Source: Octopus sinensis
Lineage: Eukaryota
Assembly: GCF_006345805.1 (NCBI RefSeq)
Contig: NC_043006.1
Span: 52,762,001 to 52,826,000 of the forward strand
Reading direction: 5' to 3'
DNA length: 64,000 nt
A program made the translations under genes and the position numbers. Positions 1-12,336 of the stretch are shown one piece after another. How positions within the stretch are numbered: the stretch's first letter is position 1; each line of letters opens with the position of its first letter. The notes beneath the pieces are model-generated. The model had not been told where the DNA came from and searched no databases. It worked only from the letters and a program-made list of their open reading frames with translations.

Positions 1-297
1 ATAAGCGAGAGAATATAAATGCGAGAAGGAGCTTGACTTGAACAGTAAGAGTAACTTTACATCTGCAACGATTCCTTGATTGGCTTTATGTGGTTCCTTC
101 CTGAATCGGGCCCTCTTGTTTCATTTTTTGTTTATACTTTTATTTGTCATGACCGCTATTTATTTTTTTGCTTAATCGATTACACGTAAGCCGTTTTTCT
201 AACTTTTCCAACTTTTTCCTTGTAATGTCCTGTCATGTTGCCCCTATGGCAAATAACGAAAGCACCCTCTCCAAATTTCTCCGATCGCATTAATACC

Positions 298-480
298 TAT
301 TTCTTTACTACCCACAAGGGGCTAAACATAGAGGGGACAAACAAGGACAGACAAACGGATTAAGTCGATTATATTGACCCCAAAGCCTAACTGGTACTTA
401 ATTCATCGACCTCGAAAGGATGAAAGGCAAAGTCGACCTCGGCGGAATTTGAACTCAGAACGTAACGGCAGACGAAATAC
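298..480 (-). mobile_element. tRNA-derived SINE family A (Deu/Nin-like core), lacking its 5' head
   Basis: Reverse complement contains GTTCTGAGTTCAAATTCCGCCGAGGTCGACTTTGCCTTTCATCCTTTCG..GTCGAT..AAGTACCAG, matching many other copies in the window. Confidence 0.85.
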
Positions 481-2329
481 AGTCGCTCCGAAATTTACAC
501 TGGTTTCCATAACCTTCTCTTATGAACATTGAAAGAGTGTTTAAACTCGTCAAAGTCTACACTGAGTTCCGGAAGCACGGTTATTTATCTCAGTCGTCTC
601 GCATTTAACGTATGTCAACAAGTTTGACTGCTGAAACAGCCATTATAACCGTGGTATCGGTAATTTAAATCTGCCGTTGGCCTTGGAAATAGATTTACTC
701 ACCAAAGCGTAAAAGTTATTTTATCCAAAGATTTTTCAAAAGAAATGTAATAAGAAATGTGTAATTGCTAAAGCTCTTAATAGCAGTAATACTATGGTGA
801 AACACAGCAGTGAATGGGGGGAAAAACAGTAAAAACAACAAGAACGGCGACGAAGGTAGCAAAGCGACCACTGCTAACAACAACAGAAGCAATACCGACA
901 ACAGCGACAGCAACGACATAAAGAAGAAAATACTGAAACGGCAGAGAGAAAACATATTATTAACCATGACAAGAGTAACAGCAAAAATTGAGAATGTCAG
1001 TGAAAAGACGAAGAAAGGAAGTAAGGCCACCAACACTATCATCATAGCCAGCACTATCAAAAGTACCACGAAAAAATACACTATCTGAGAAAAAATAGCA
1101 ACAGCAATAACAAAAAGAACATTAGAACCAAGAAATGTAACTCAAAAACATCTGCACTGATATTTACCCCTGTTCAAAAGTAAACATATGAAGCATTATA
1201 TAAAATCCCTGTGATGACAGCGTTTCCAGAGAACTAGGTGAATCGTTTACTGAGAAGTACAATCAATTACAGGCGGATAGACGCTTAAACATAAACGGTA
1301 AAATACCTGAGTGACATGTTGAGAACCCCTCAGCTCCTCGAAAAAGCAAAACAATATGAAACTGTGTTGATACTGCGCACACAGAATTCTTGACCGCATT
1401 CGGAGAACGGATATATTTAACTGATTGGCATAAAATCTCTCATTTGCACGCACACGTCTCTGGCCCTCAGACATGTCTCCTCTGACTGCCTTTTCCACTG
1501 CGACCAAAACGGACTCTGCTAAACCTCAGTGCTGGCTGGTCTCCTTCTACCTCCATTCAGCCACTCTCAATTCACTCGCCTCCCCTCCTCTCATCATCTG
1601 TGTTGTGTCATATTTATTTCTCTTTTAAGTATCAATCTAACCATTTTTCTAACTTTTGTCTATTTGAATATTTTTCTCTGTTGCTCATTGACACCCTTTC
1701 ACGAAATTCTGTTTCTTTACTTAATGTGTTATTAGTATACTTAGATTATTTTCCCATTTTCGAGTTTGCCTGAATGCATTTTTATAAATCGAACTTCATA
1801 TCAATTTCTATAGTACATCCTTATACTGTCTGTCGTAGTGTTTTTAGTTGTTTAGTATTTGCAATTTACAACTTTAAGTCTTCCATATACAAAAAAAAAA
1901 AATGTTTGATTATCCACCCCCACCCCCAATAGCCCTCCATTTGAACATGATGATTGAAGGTGTTAACACCAGCAGAAGAGGAGTTGAAAGAAGGATTCCT
2001 TTTCGAATACTTCGCTTCTAGTAGAGCTGATATTAGTTTTCATAATTCCTTCTATTCTTCTTGGTTTCTGTAGAATTGTTTATTATTTATTCATGATATC
2101 AGTTCTCCCCGACTCGTGGCTATTGTTGTTCAAAATCTAAAGGTAGGAATCATTGTTAAAAAGCTTACTGGTAGTTATTCCATGCCATGCTTATTTTTCC
2201 ATTTACACCCTTCGTTTATAACTTTGTTGATGTGAAACATAATAACCTTTGCAGCAAGCTATCTGAATAGTAGTGAGCCTTTCAGTTAAATAGTCATCCT
2301 CAGAAATTGATATTTTGAATCACGTAGGC

Positions 2330-2860
2330 AGCAAAGACCAGGCCATTCCAATCAATATTTGCTACATCTCTAATGGCCCAGTTAAAGAACTTGGGATCTG
2401 GTATGTCTAGACCCCCCAAGTAGACATAAATTGAAAAGAAATGTGACATTGAAGGTAATATATATGAATCAGAAGTGGTCTAACATGAAACTATTCCTTA
2501 AAGGTCGAGCGTTGCTATCAAATTCCTACATTATCCCGGTAGTATATTATTACCGAAACACTATGACACGTAGTAGAGAATATCTTACTTCTTGCATAAA
2601 GTATCGGTTCTTTTTGTAGCTGAAAATCTACCAACCCTGGCTTCTGAGTGGTGCACTTAATGTTATGGTCGTTGAAGCGAAGGCATAGCTGAGGCTGTGA
2701 AATTTGCAAAGATTTTAAAATAGTAGTACAGTTTGTTAGACCAGGTTCCACACATTCATCCCACTGACTGAACTGCAATAGTGAGACAAGTAAAAACCAA
2801 TGATGGTCCCATCGCATTCAAGGTGTTACCAGACGTTCACAGTCACATTATCATTTCGTC
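2330..2860 (+). pseudogene. Degenerate L1/Tx1-clade LINE ORF2 fragment (region downstream of the RT core)
   Basis: Translates to VKELGIWY...WSNMKLFLKGRALLSNSYIIPVVYY, resembling the L1/Tx1 motif W..xLSLxGRxxxxN..I.P...Y; interrupted by stops and frameshifts. Confidence 0.6.
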
Positions 2861-3769
2861 TGGGTAACATCTAGCCCTTTATTTATATAGCGGTTTAGTT
2901 GTTGTCTGGTTAAACGTTTAGCTAGATATAGTCAAAAATATTCCATTCTCGGAATTTCTTTGATTATGGGTCTCCTCCATTACACTATTGCTGTTTTACT
3001 ACATACAGTGTATTACAAAGAGATTCGGCTGCTATTTGTAGCGAATTCAGTTCATAGAGCGTTGGAAGAATGTATGTCCCATAATAACCCTAGGGTTTTC
3101 TCTGGATTTCAGATAAAAGCTTAATGATATCTTTAAACGATTATGCTTCAGAGAACATTACTGAAAAATATTTTCTCTCCGACCAAAAGTTAATTAAATT
3201 CTTAGATGAAACGACCGTTATACGGTTCCCTGTGGATTAACGTTGAACGTCTGTATTTACAGCGTTTTCGTGTGTCGTAAACCCATCTGTGATGATATGT
3301 ATATCAGTATATTATTATGCTTTATTTTTACATGCAAATACACATGCACACACACATATACACATATATATGTATATATGTATGTATGTTTGTATGAATG
3401 TATGTATGTATATACACACACATATATATATATCTATATATATATATATGTATATGTTGTTTACTTTGTGGTACAAAAACACGAAAGTGCTCAATACAAC
3501 CTTCTGTTGAAAGTATGTAGAGCCTGATGTATATTTATTTAGTTCATAGGTACGCAACGATTGCGATTCCGGACCATGTAGCATAAAAAGCTAGTCACGA
3601 CAAAATGAGTTTAGTTTAAATATACCTACTCTCTCTTCCTCGTTCTCTCTCATTCATTCTTTCCCCGCTCTGTCTAACACACACATATACACATATATGT
3701 ATATGTGTGTGTTTACATATATGTCAGTGTATTTAAATATGTGCGTATACGTGTATACACTCACACACA

Positions 3770-3867
<98 letters not shown>

Positions 3868-3877
3868 TGACATAAGA

Positions 3878-4195
3878 GGAGACCCCCCTTCGGTCATGAA
3901 TGACCATGGGATTGCACGTAGAAAGTTACCCTCCGAGGTACAAGTCAGGGCATCATTGTTTGTGGAAGGCTGGCAGTCGCCCATGTATACCTGCCTCCCC
4001 TCTCCACTCCACTGATGTTATCCAAGGGAAAGGCAAATGCTGATACAGCTTGGCACCAGTGATGTCGCAACTCATTTCTCCAGCTGAGTTAACTGGAGCA
4101 ACGTGAAATAAAGTGTCTTGCTCTAGAACACAAGACACAGCCGGGTCCCGGAATCGAACTCACAACCACACGATCGTAAGCTCTACGCTCAAACC
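3878..4195 (-). mobile_element. tRNA-derived SINE family C (CORE-like)
   Basis: B-box GTTCGATTCC on the minus strand, GAGCAAGACACTTTATTTCAC core and 3' end ...GACCGAAGGGGGTCTC; homologous to 26960-27290 and 39441-39752; flanked by (CA)n/(TA)n. Confidence 0.85.
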
Positions 4196-4196
4196 A

Positions 4197-4300
<104 letters not shown>

Positions 4301-4734
4301 TACACACACATAATGTCTTTATGTGTTTGTTTTTACAGTTACATATGAATACAGTCAAGCCTTAAATTTAAGGACCACTCAAAGTTTTCAGTACAGTAAC
4401 ATATTTATGCTTACAAGGAAAATATTGGAGGACTCTTCGAACTTCAAGCCTTCAATCGATTGAAGGCTTCATTACGTACTCAATACTTCGAAGCAACAAT
4501 CAACCTCTTCCGGGAACTTGCACCTCTCATTCACATAGCGTTTTTAACAAAATAATATAAGAATAAACGTTTCCTTCAAACTTTCATCTCATATTTAAAA
4601 AAATATTCATTCGAATAGTGAATATTTCAAAAGCAAAGCTGGCTCGGTTAACCATTTGATGATCGATAACGAGAAACTCTGAGTACTAGAACTTAGGATA
4701 TTTCACTATTAATGTATTGAAGGATATTCTACAT

Positions 4735-4855
4735 AGGCGCAGGAGTGGCTGAGTGGTAAGCAGCTTGCTTACCAACCACATGGTTCTGCGTTCAGTCCCA
4801 CTGCGTGGCACCTTGGGCAAGTGTTTTTTTACTATAGCCTTGAGCCGACCAAAGC
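4735..4855 (+). mobile_element. 5' part of tRNA-derived CORE-type SINE family B
   Basis: GGCGCAGGAGTGGCTGAGTGGTAAG (A-box) ...GTTCAGTCCC (B-box) ...ACCTTGGGCAAGT (CORE-like). Confidence 0.85.
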
Positions 4856-5077
4856 ATATACATACATACATATGTATGTATATATATATATAATAAATAT
4901 TAGGGAATAAATCCAAATTTACAAGGAAAATCAGATTTAAGATTGAATCCAATTTTATAGTAAAATATTATATTATATCAAATTAGAGACAAAACCACTA
5001 TTATGCAAATCAAACAAAGAAAGACTTAAGCCAATACATAAAATAATTTATATAAATTAAAATTTAACATATGAATA

Positions 5078-5127
5078 ACCACTACGATCGTTTCGTGTCA
5101 GCACATCTTAGACATTCTTCAGGTGGT
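5078..5127 (-). ncRNA. Minimal type I hammerhead ribozyme (copy 1, minus strand)
   Basis: Reverse complement: ACCAC-CTGAAGA-A-TGTC[loop]GACA-C-GAAA-CGATCG-TA-GTGGT. Confidence 0.8.
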
Positions 5128-5759
5128 TTCAAAACCTAAAATATAAAATATAATCAATATTTTTACGATATAAATATCTATATAATCTAAATAAAATTTA
5201 CTTATAATAAGCCCTATTAATAATATGATTATATCGAAATCGACTATAATGTTAAATATTAACTTTAATTTATAAGGTAGATAATCCATATGCTAATATC
5301 CATTTTAGTCTATATCTACTTATATAGATATTTAATATATAAATTATCAATGAAAATATATATACATGTATATATATGCATGAGCATGTGTGTATATATA
5401 TATATATTTTTGTTTTTTGAAATTAGCTATTTCATCTTTAATATGAGAAATTAAATATATTAGGTTTTCATTATATACAATCGTTTATAGAGTTTATTTT
5501 AGATCTTGATTATAATATTTATATATATTTTCATTGATAATTTATATATATTAAATATCTATATAAGTAGATATAGACTAAAATGGATATTAGCATATGG
5601 ATTTTCTACCTTATAAATTAAAGTTAATATTTAACATTATAGTCGATTTCGATATAATCATATTTATTAATAGAGTTTATTATAAGTAAATTTTATTTAG
5701 ATTATATAGATATTTATATCGTAAAAATATTGATTATATTTTATATTTTAGGTTTTGAA

Positions 5760-5809
5760 ACCACCTGAAGAATGTCTAAGATGTGCTGACACGAAACGAT
5801 CGTAGTGGT
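5760..5809 (+). ncRNA. Minimal type I hammerhead ribozyme (copy 2, plus strand)
   Basis: Stem I ACCAC/GTGGT, core CUGAAGA, stem II UGUC/GACA, GAAA, palindromic stem III ACGATCGT, GUA cleavage triplet at 5802-5804. Confidence 0.8.
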
Positions 5810-5861
5810 TATTCATATGTTAAATTTTAATTTATATAAATTAAAATTTAACATATGAATA

Positions 5862-5911
5862 ACCACTACGATCGTTTCGTGTCAGCACATCTTAGACATT
5901 CTTCAGGTGGT
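5862..5911 (-). ncRNA. Minimal type I hammerhead ribozyme (copy 3, minus strand)
   Basis: Same 50-nt motif, reverse complement. Confidence 0.8.
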
Positions 5912-6544
5912 TTCAAAACCTAAAATATAAAATATAATCAATATTTTTACGATATAAATATCTATATAATCTAAATAAAATTTACTTATAATAAGCCCTA
6001 TTAATAAATATGATTATATCGAAATCGACTATAATGTTAAATATTAACTTTAATTTATAAGGTAGATAATCCATATGCTAATATCCATTTTAGTCTATAT
6101 CTACTTATATAGATATTTAATATATAAATTATCAATGAAAATATATATATACATGTATATATATGCATGAGCATGTGTGTATATATATATATATTTTTGT
6201 TTTTTGAAATTAGCTATTTCATCTTTAATATGAGAAATTAAATATATTAGGTTTTCATTATATACAATCGTTTATAGAGTTTATTTTAGATCTTGATTAT
6301 AATATTTATATATTTTCATTGATAATTTATATATATTAAATATCTATATAAGTAGATATAGACTAAAATGGATATTAGCATATGGATTTTCTACCTTATA
6401 AATTAAAGTTAATATTTAACATTATAGTCGATTTCGATATAATCATATTTATTAATAGAGTTTATTATAAGTAAATTTTATTTAGATTATATAGATATTT
6501 ATATCGTAAAAATATTGATTATATTTTATATTTTAGGTTTTGAA

Positions 6545-6594
6545 ACCACCTGAAGAATGTCTAAGATGTGCTGACACGAAACGATCGTAGTGGT
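6545..6594 (+). ncRNA. Minimal type I hammerhead ribozyme (copy 4, plus strand)
   Basis: Same 50-nt motif as 5760-5809. Confidence 0.8.
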
Positions 6595-8006
6595 TATTCA
6601 TATGTTAAATTTTAATTTATATAAATTATTTTATGTATTGGCTTAAGTCTTTCGTTGTTTGATTTGCATAATAGTGGTTTTGTCTCTAATTTGATATTAT
6701 ATATATATATATATATATACATTTGTATATACATATACATACATAGGTACGTACATACGTACATGAATGTGTATGTATATGTATGTATAATATGCAAAAT
6801 TAAATATATTCTCTAATTTAACACCTTTCAACAATGGCGTTCAGTGTTTTCTAAAAGAAGCGAAGGGTAAAATTGTTCAGTTCGAAATCTGTTAAGAAGT
6901 CATTACATTTTTTTAAAGTATACTTTAAATAAAAACGTTGCAATTTGTAAACATCAATAAGACGTAAAAGAACGAGTGTTATAGCATTAGCTTCAGTTCT
7001 TTGCTTTTACGTTTCAAATCTAAAAATTATCAAAACATCTATATCTTGTATGTTTTACTAAGTCTGTAGTATAAATAGATAAGAGCAGAGACTCCGCCTC
7101 TACCAACACAACTATCACCACTACCATCATCATCATCGCTACCATCACCATAAACCTTTTTACCTCCTAACCTATGAAAGTAATTAACAAAAACAGCGGG
7201 TATAACAAGCGAAGCGTATCGTCTGCTCTGCAAACGAGAAATGTCAATGCTTGAAATGCTTGAATCCATTCTAGCTGACGATAATTTCATGGCTGTTAAC
7301 GATTTGATGGCGAGATATAAATGTGACAGATTCATAAGTTCTGTTTTTATGTAGACTACAAAAGAATTAGGAAAGTAATAACAACTGACAATCAAGACAT
7401 GGTTCTGTAGTTGAGAAGTTCGCATCACAACTATGTGATTTCGTGTTCCATCGCACAGAGTGGCATATTAGGAAATTGTCTTCTATCATAGACACATGTC
7501 TATCATAGAAGACACTTCTGAGTAAAATTTGGATGACGTTCCAGTTTTTGAGTGTCAGACAAAATTTGTTGCCCAATCTGGTGCTCGAGGGTCTTCAGCA
7601 GGGTTGATTCTGAAATGAGCATTAAAACTGATCTTTTGTCTGATTATAACTTGGTCCCTTCCTCTCACAAGTCGCGGTGGCCCTGAAAATGATCCCGAGT
7701 ACTGACCTTTTTACTCTGACTAAGTTATGATAAATTAAGTAAGTAATAAATTAAGTGTAAAGCATATTTATGTGGGCTTTGAACAGAGATATTACGAAAG
7801 ACATTTGAAATAGTTACAGTCGGACAAGAGTTTGGTTATGCTTCATTTTAATATATATGTTGGTGTGTGAGTGTGTGTGTGTGTATGTGTGTGTGTGTGT
7901 GCGCGCGTGTATAAAGAATAAAAAGGAAAATAGAGAATTCAAACTGACATATGTTAATTTATTGACATAATATCATATCAATATTATAGTAACATAATCT
8001 TAATAA

Positions 8007-8101
8007 TCCCTACATTTGTTTCGATTCAAACTCAAAACTAATAACAACTTTATAAAAATTCATATTTTGGAAACGTTTTGAGTAAAAATCTCCTCGGGGA
8101 A
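8007..8101 (-). ncRNA. Degenerate hammerhead-like motif with long stem II (Penelope-type fragment)
   Basis: Reverse complement: TTCC-CCGAGGA-GATT..ACTCAAAAC[loop]GTTTTGAGT..AATC-GAAA-CAAATG-TA-GGGA; U4->C in the core. Confidence 0.5.
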
Positions 8102-8203
8102 AACCAGGACAAAAAAGTATATATTAGAAGTTTAAGATCCTTAAACGGACTGAATATATGTTTCTGTATATATATATATTATATATATATATATAATATA
8201 TAT

Positions 8204-8236
<33 letters not shown>

Positions 8237-9839
8237 CGAATTGCGTCTAAATAACTGTAAAGAATGGTAAATCTATAATGAATGTTGTCAAGAACTGTGA
8301 ATGTATTCTTTTATGTAACCCAAATGTGGACAAAAACAGCACAAAAGCGACAGTTCTTTTTTGTAATATAGCAATCTAGTTTAAGTAAAGTAACAGAAAT
8401 AACAATTATGACACTCAACTCCTACTATTGACATTTAGAAAAACGTGCACAAATCCTATATTATGCATCATTAATGTTTCCAGTGCAACAAGTATCACAA
8501 AACAATAAGCTGTTTTTCACGTACATACAAGAAAGTGTTACATAACAAAGTTAATGTTTATATTCAGAAAGTGTAGGGGTCATCACTATTTTGAAAAATA
8601 CATCAAATAACAGAAAACACAATACCGTATTATAAACGATGGATATAACCGCGCGCATGTGTGTGTGTGAAACCGAGAGTTATCTAATATCATTATCACT
8701 GAAAATAAGCCTCCACGGTCAATAAGTTTTGTGATACTTTATGTCGTGTAAGTAAATAGTATGATTGTGTAACAGTGAGTTAATTATCTAATATATCAAT
8801 GAAAACAGCCTCCTACATAAAGTAAGTTTTACAAAGGATAATACTCTTATATGTTTACGTGTATTACCAGTGAGCTTGTTTGATGTGAATATATATGTAA
8901 CTGTACATAGGCATCCATACACTTTCTATTTATTATTCAACAAAACGCCCCCCATTCAATGGACGGTGCTGAGTTGTCAAACATTTAAACCAAATTTTCT
9001 CAAAACAACTTGACCGACCGTCCCATAGGCCTCCCCTTTGAGAAACACTGAATTAACCTAATTTGAGATACCGTGCATTTTTCTCGAGTACACGTAGTAT
9101 CGATCGCAACAGCTGATGTACTTGCGCGTACAAGTGCACGTTCCCACGGCTTTATCAATCGCATTCTCACCTGGAATCGATTTTTGTAATATTTTCAAGA
9201 CTTATACACGCCCTGATACCGTCGGTATCTACATATCAAATTTGAGCGCAATCGGATGGAGGATGCCCGAGATCCTAGAAGACACACACACACACAGACA
9301 GAACGGATTTTAAGTAATAGATGATGGGACAGACCCGCTTGAATCTGCAATCCACCCCCTCCTCATAGGAGATAGTTATTCAATTTTGTAAACTTGTAAA
9401 CTTTTTGTTATCGATACTGATCCATGATTTCTACAGTGATTGATATGAATAATGTGGTGTCTAATAGTATTTACGAAAACTATAAACAATCTTTATGCCT
9501 CTGGTAAAGCAATGAAGACGGACACCCTGACAACATTATAGGCAACATAATTGTGATTAAAAAACTGACGTATCAATGATTGATTTAGTTAATCCTTTTG
9601 AATATGGTGTCGTGTTGAAATAAGATGGTTTTAATAATAATTGTTTCAAATATAGGTACAAGACTACAATTTCATGGAGAGGGGTTTAGTCGATTAAATC
9701 AATTTATTGATCCCATGAAGATGAGAGGCAAAGTTGAACCCGGTAGGATTTGATCTCTGAATGTAAATGGCAGTAAGAAATACCGTTAGATATTTGTTCG
9801 TCGTTGCGATGCCTTGCGTAAAATTATCCGTAGTATATA

Positions 9840-9910
<71 letters not shown>

Positions 9911-11506
9911 ATTGCGTCTAAATAACTGTAAAGAATGGTAAATCTATAATGAATGTTGTCAAGAACTGTGAATGTATTCTTTTATGTAACCCAAATGTGG
10001 ACAAAAACAGCACAAAAGCGACAGTTCTTTTTTGTAATATAGCAATCTAGTTTAAGTAAAGTAACAGAAATAACAATTATGACACTCAACTCCTACTATT
10101 GACATTTAGAAAAACGTGCACAAATCCTATATTATGCATCATTAATGTTTCCAGTGCAACAAGTATCACAAAACAATAAGCTGTTTTTCACGTACATACA
10201 AGAAAGTGTTACATAACAAAGTTAATGTTTATATTCAGAAAGTGTAGGGGTCATCACTATTTTGAAAAATACATCAAATAACAGAAAACACAATACCGTA
10301 TTATAAACGATGGATATAACCGCGCGCATGTGTGTGTGTGAAACCGAGAGTTATCTAATATCATTATCACTGAAAATAAGCCTCCACGGTCAATAAGTTT
10401 TGTGATACTTTATGTCGTGTAAGTAAATAGTATGATTGTGTAACAGTGAGTTAATTATCTAATATATCAATGAAAACAGCCTCCTACATAAAGTAAGTTT
10501 TACAAAGGATAATACTCTTATATGTTTACGTGTATTACCAGTGAGCTTGTTTGATGTGAATATATATGTAACTGTACATAGGCATCCAATACACTTTCTA
10601 TTTATTATTCAACAAAACGCCCCCCATTCAATGGACGGTGCTGAGTTGTCAAACATTTAAACCAAATTTTCTCAAAACAACTTGACCGACCGTCCCATAG
10701 GCCTCCCCTTTGAGAAACACTGAATTAACCTAAATTTGAGATACCGTGCATTTTTCTCGAGTACACGTAGTATCGATCGCAACAGCTGATGTACTTGCGC
10801 GTACAAGTGCACGTTCCCACGGCTTTATCAATCGCATTCTCACCTGGAATCGATTTTTGTAATATTTTCAAGACTTATACACGCCCTGATACCGTCGGTA
10901 TCTACATATCAAATTTGAGCGCAATCGGATGGAGGATGCCCGAGATCCTAGAAGACACACACACACACAGACAGAACGGATTTTAAGTAATAGATGATGG
11001 GACAGACCCGCTTGAATCTGCAATCCACCCCCTCCTCATAGGAGATAGTTATTCAATTTTGTAAACTTGTAAACTTTTTGTTATCGATACTGATCCATGA
11101 TTTCTACAGTGATTGATATGAATAATGTGGTGTCTAATAGTATTTACGAAAACTATAAACAATCTTTATGCCTCTGGTAAAGCAATGAAGACGGACACCC
11201 TGACAACATTATAGGCAACATAATTGTGATTAAAAAACTGACGTATCAATGATTGATTTAGTTAATCCTTTTGAATATGGTGTCGTGTTGAAATAAGATG
11301 GTTTTAATAATAATTGTTTCAAATATAGGTACAAGACTACAATTTCATGGAGAGGGGTTTAGTCGATTAAATCAATTTATTGATCCCATGAAGATGAGAG
11401 GCAAAGTTGAACCCGGTAGGATTTGATCTCTGAATGTAAATGGCAGTAAGAAATACCGTTAGATATTTGTTCGTCGTTGCGATGCCTTGCGTAAAATTAT
11501 CCGTAG
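8237..11506. repeat. Near-identical ~1.6-kb tandem duplication (8237-9833 and 9908-11506) bounded by (TA)n
   Basis: Identical 65-aa ORF in both copies; the only differences seen are two 1-bp indels. Confidence 0.95.
9100..9322 (+). mobile_element. Non-autonomous Helitron-like (Lep1-type) 3' portion; duplicated at ~10773-10995
   Basis: CAAATTTGAGCGCAATCGGATG...GAGATC..., internal (CA)n/ACAG repeat, ends TAATAGAT. Confidence 0.5.
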
Positions 11507-11806
11507 TATATATATATATATTTTGTTAATACTACATCATTCGCAAACTCTGCACAGTTCGGAGCATGTCCTTGCCAATTGCACTAAATTTGTTCAGTAA
11601 AATGAGAATTCCGATGTGGCATGTGTGCGGGTGTTTTTTCTTTGCCTTTTATTATATTCTTCCCTGTCTTTAGCAGTCTACGACCTCTGCTCGCTTTTCC
11701 AGTTCTTTCTCATAAGACATGAAGTGGTATTCCTGGTTATGACTGAGGAGGGGTTCCGATGACTTCCTTGCTGGTTCCTGAACGAGGCGGATGAAAGATT
11801 TTCAGA

Positions 11807-11970
11807 GGCGCAGGAGTGGCTGTGTGGTAAGTAGCTTGCTTACCAAGCACATGGTTCCGGGTTCAGTCCCACTGCGTGGTACCTTGGCCAAGTGTCTTCA
11901 ACTATAGCCTCGGGCCGACCAAAGCCTTGTGAGTGGATTTGGTAGACGGAAACTGAAAGAAACCCGTCGC

Positions 11971-12008
<38 letters not shown>

Positions 12009-12241
12009 CATATATATATATATCTGTGTGTGTGTGTGTGTGTTTGTCCCCCCAACATCGATTAACAACTGATGCTGGTGTGTTTACATCCCCGTAACTT
12101 AGCGGTTGGGCAAAAGAGACCGATAGAATAATAAGTACTAGGCTTACAAAGAATAATTCCTGGGGGTCGATTTGCTCGACTAAAGGCAGTGCTCCAGTAT
12201 GGCCGAAGTCACATGACTGAAACAAGTAAAAGAGTAAAAAA
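11807..12241 (+). mobile_element. Full-length CORE-type SINE family B with internal (TA)n(TG)n microsatellite
   Basis: tRNA-like head, CORE-like block, internal microsatellite and 3' tail CTGAAACAAGTAAAAGAGTAAAA. Confidence 0.9.
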
Positions 12242-12336
12242 GCTCCATCTGGTGATACATTAAAAACGGCCAACACTGTGACTTGTAATTGCCGTTACAC
12301 TATTTTTTACCTTTTCATTTTCCTATCACTTCTAGA

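Larger units (their letters stand above)
4968..6698. mobile_element. Penelope-like pseudo-LTR inverted-repeat array (A-S-A'-A-S-A') containing hammerhead ribozymes
   Basis: Arms of about 320-400 bp in alternating orientation; ~785-bp unit duplicated; perfect palindromic junction centred at 5835/5836; each arm carries the hammerhead consensus; inserted in (TA)n. Confidence 0.8.

Noticed and set aside
716-1140. ORFs of 121 aa and 92 aa (hydrophobic, or N/K/T-rich)
   Set aside because: Decayed AAC/AGC-type trinucleotide low-complexity sequence; no domain recognisable
9116-9313. Duplicated 65-aa ORF
   Set aside because: Lies in a Helitron-like repeat within the tandem duplication; no sign of coding function
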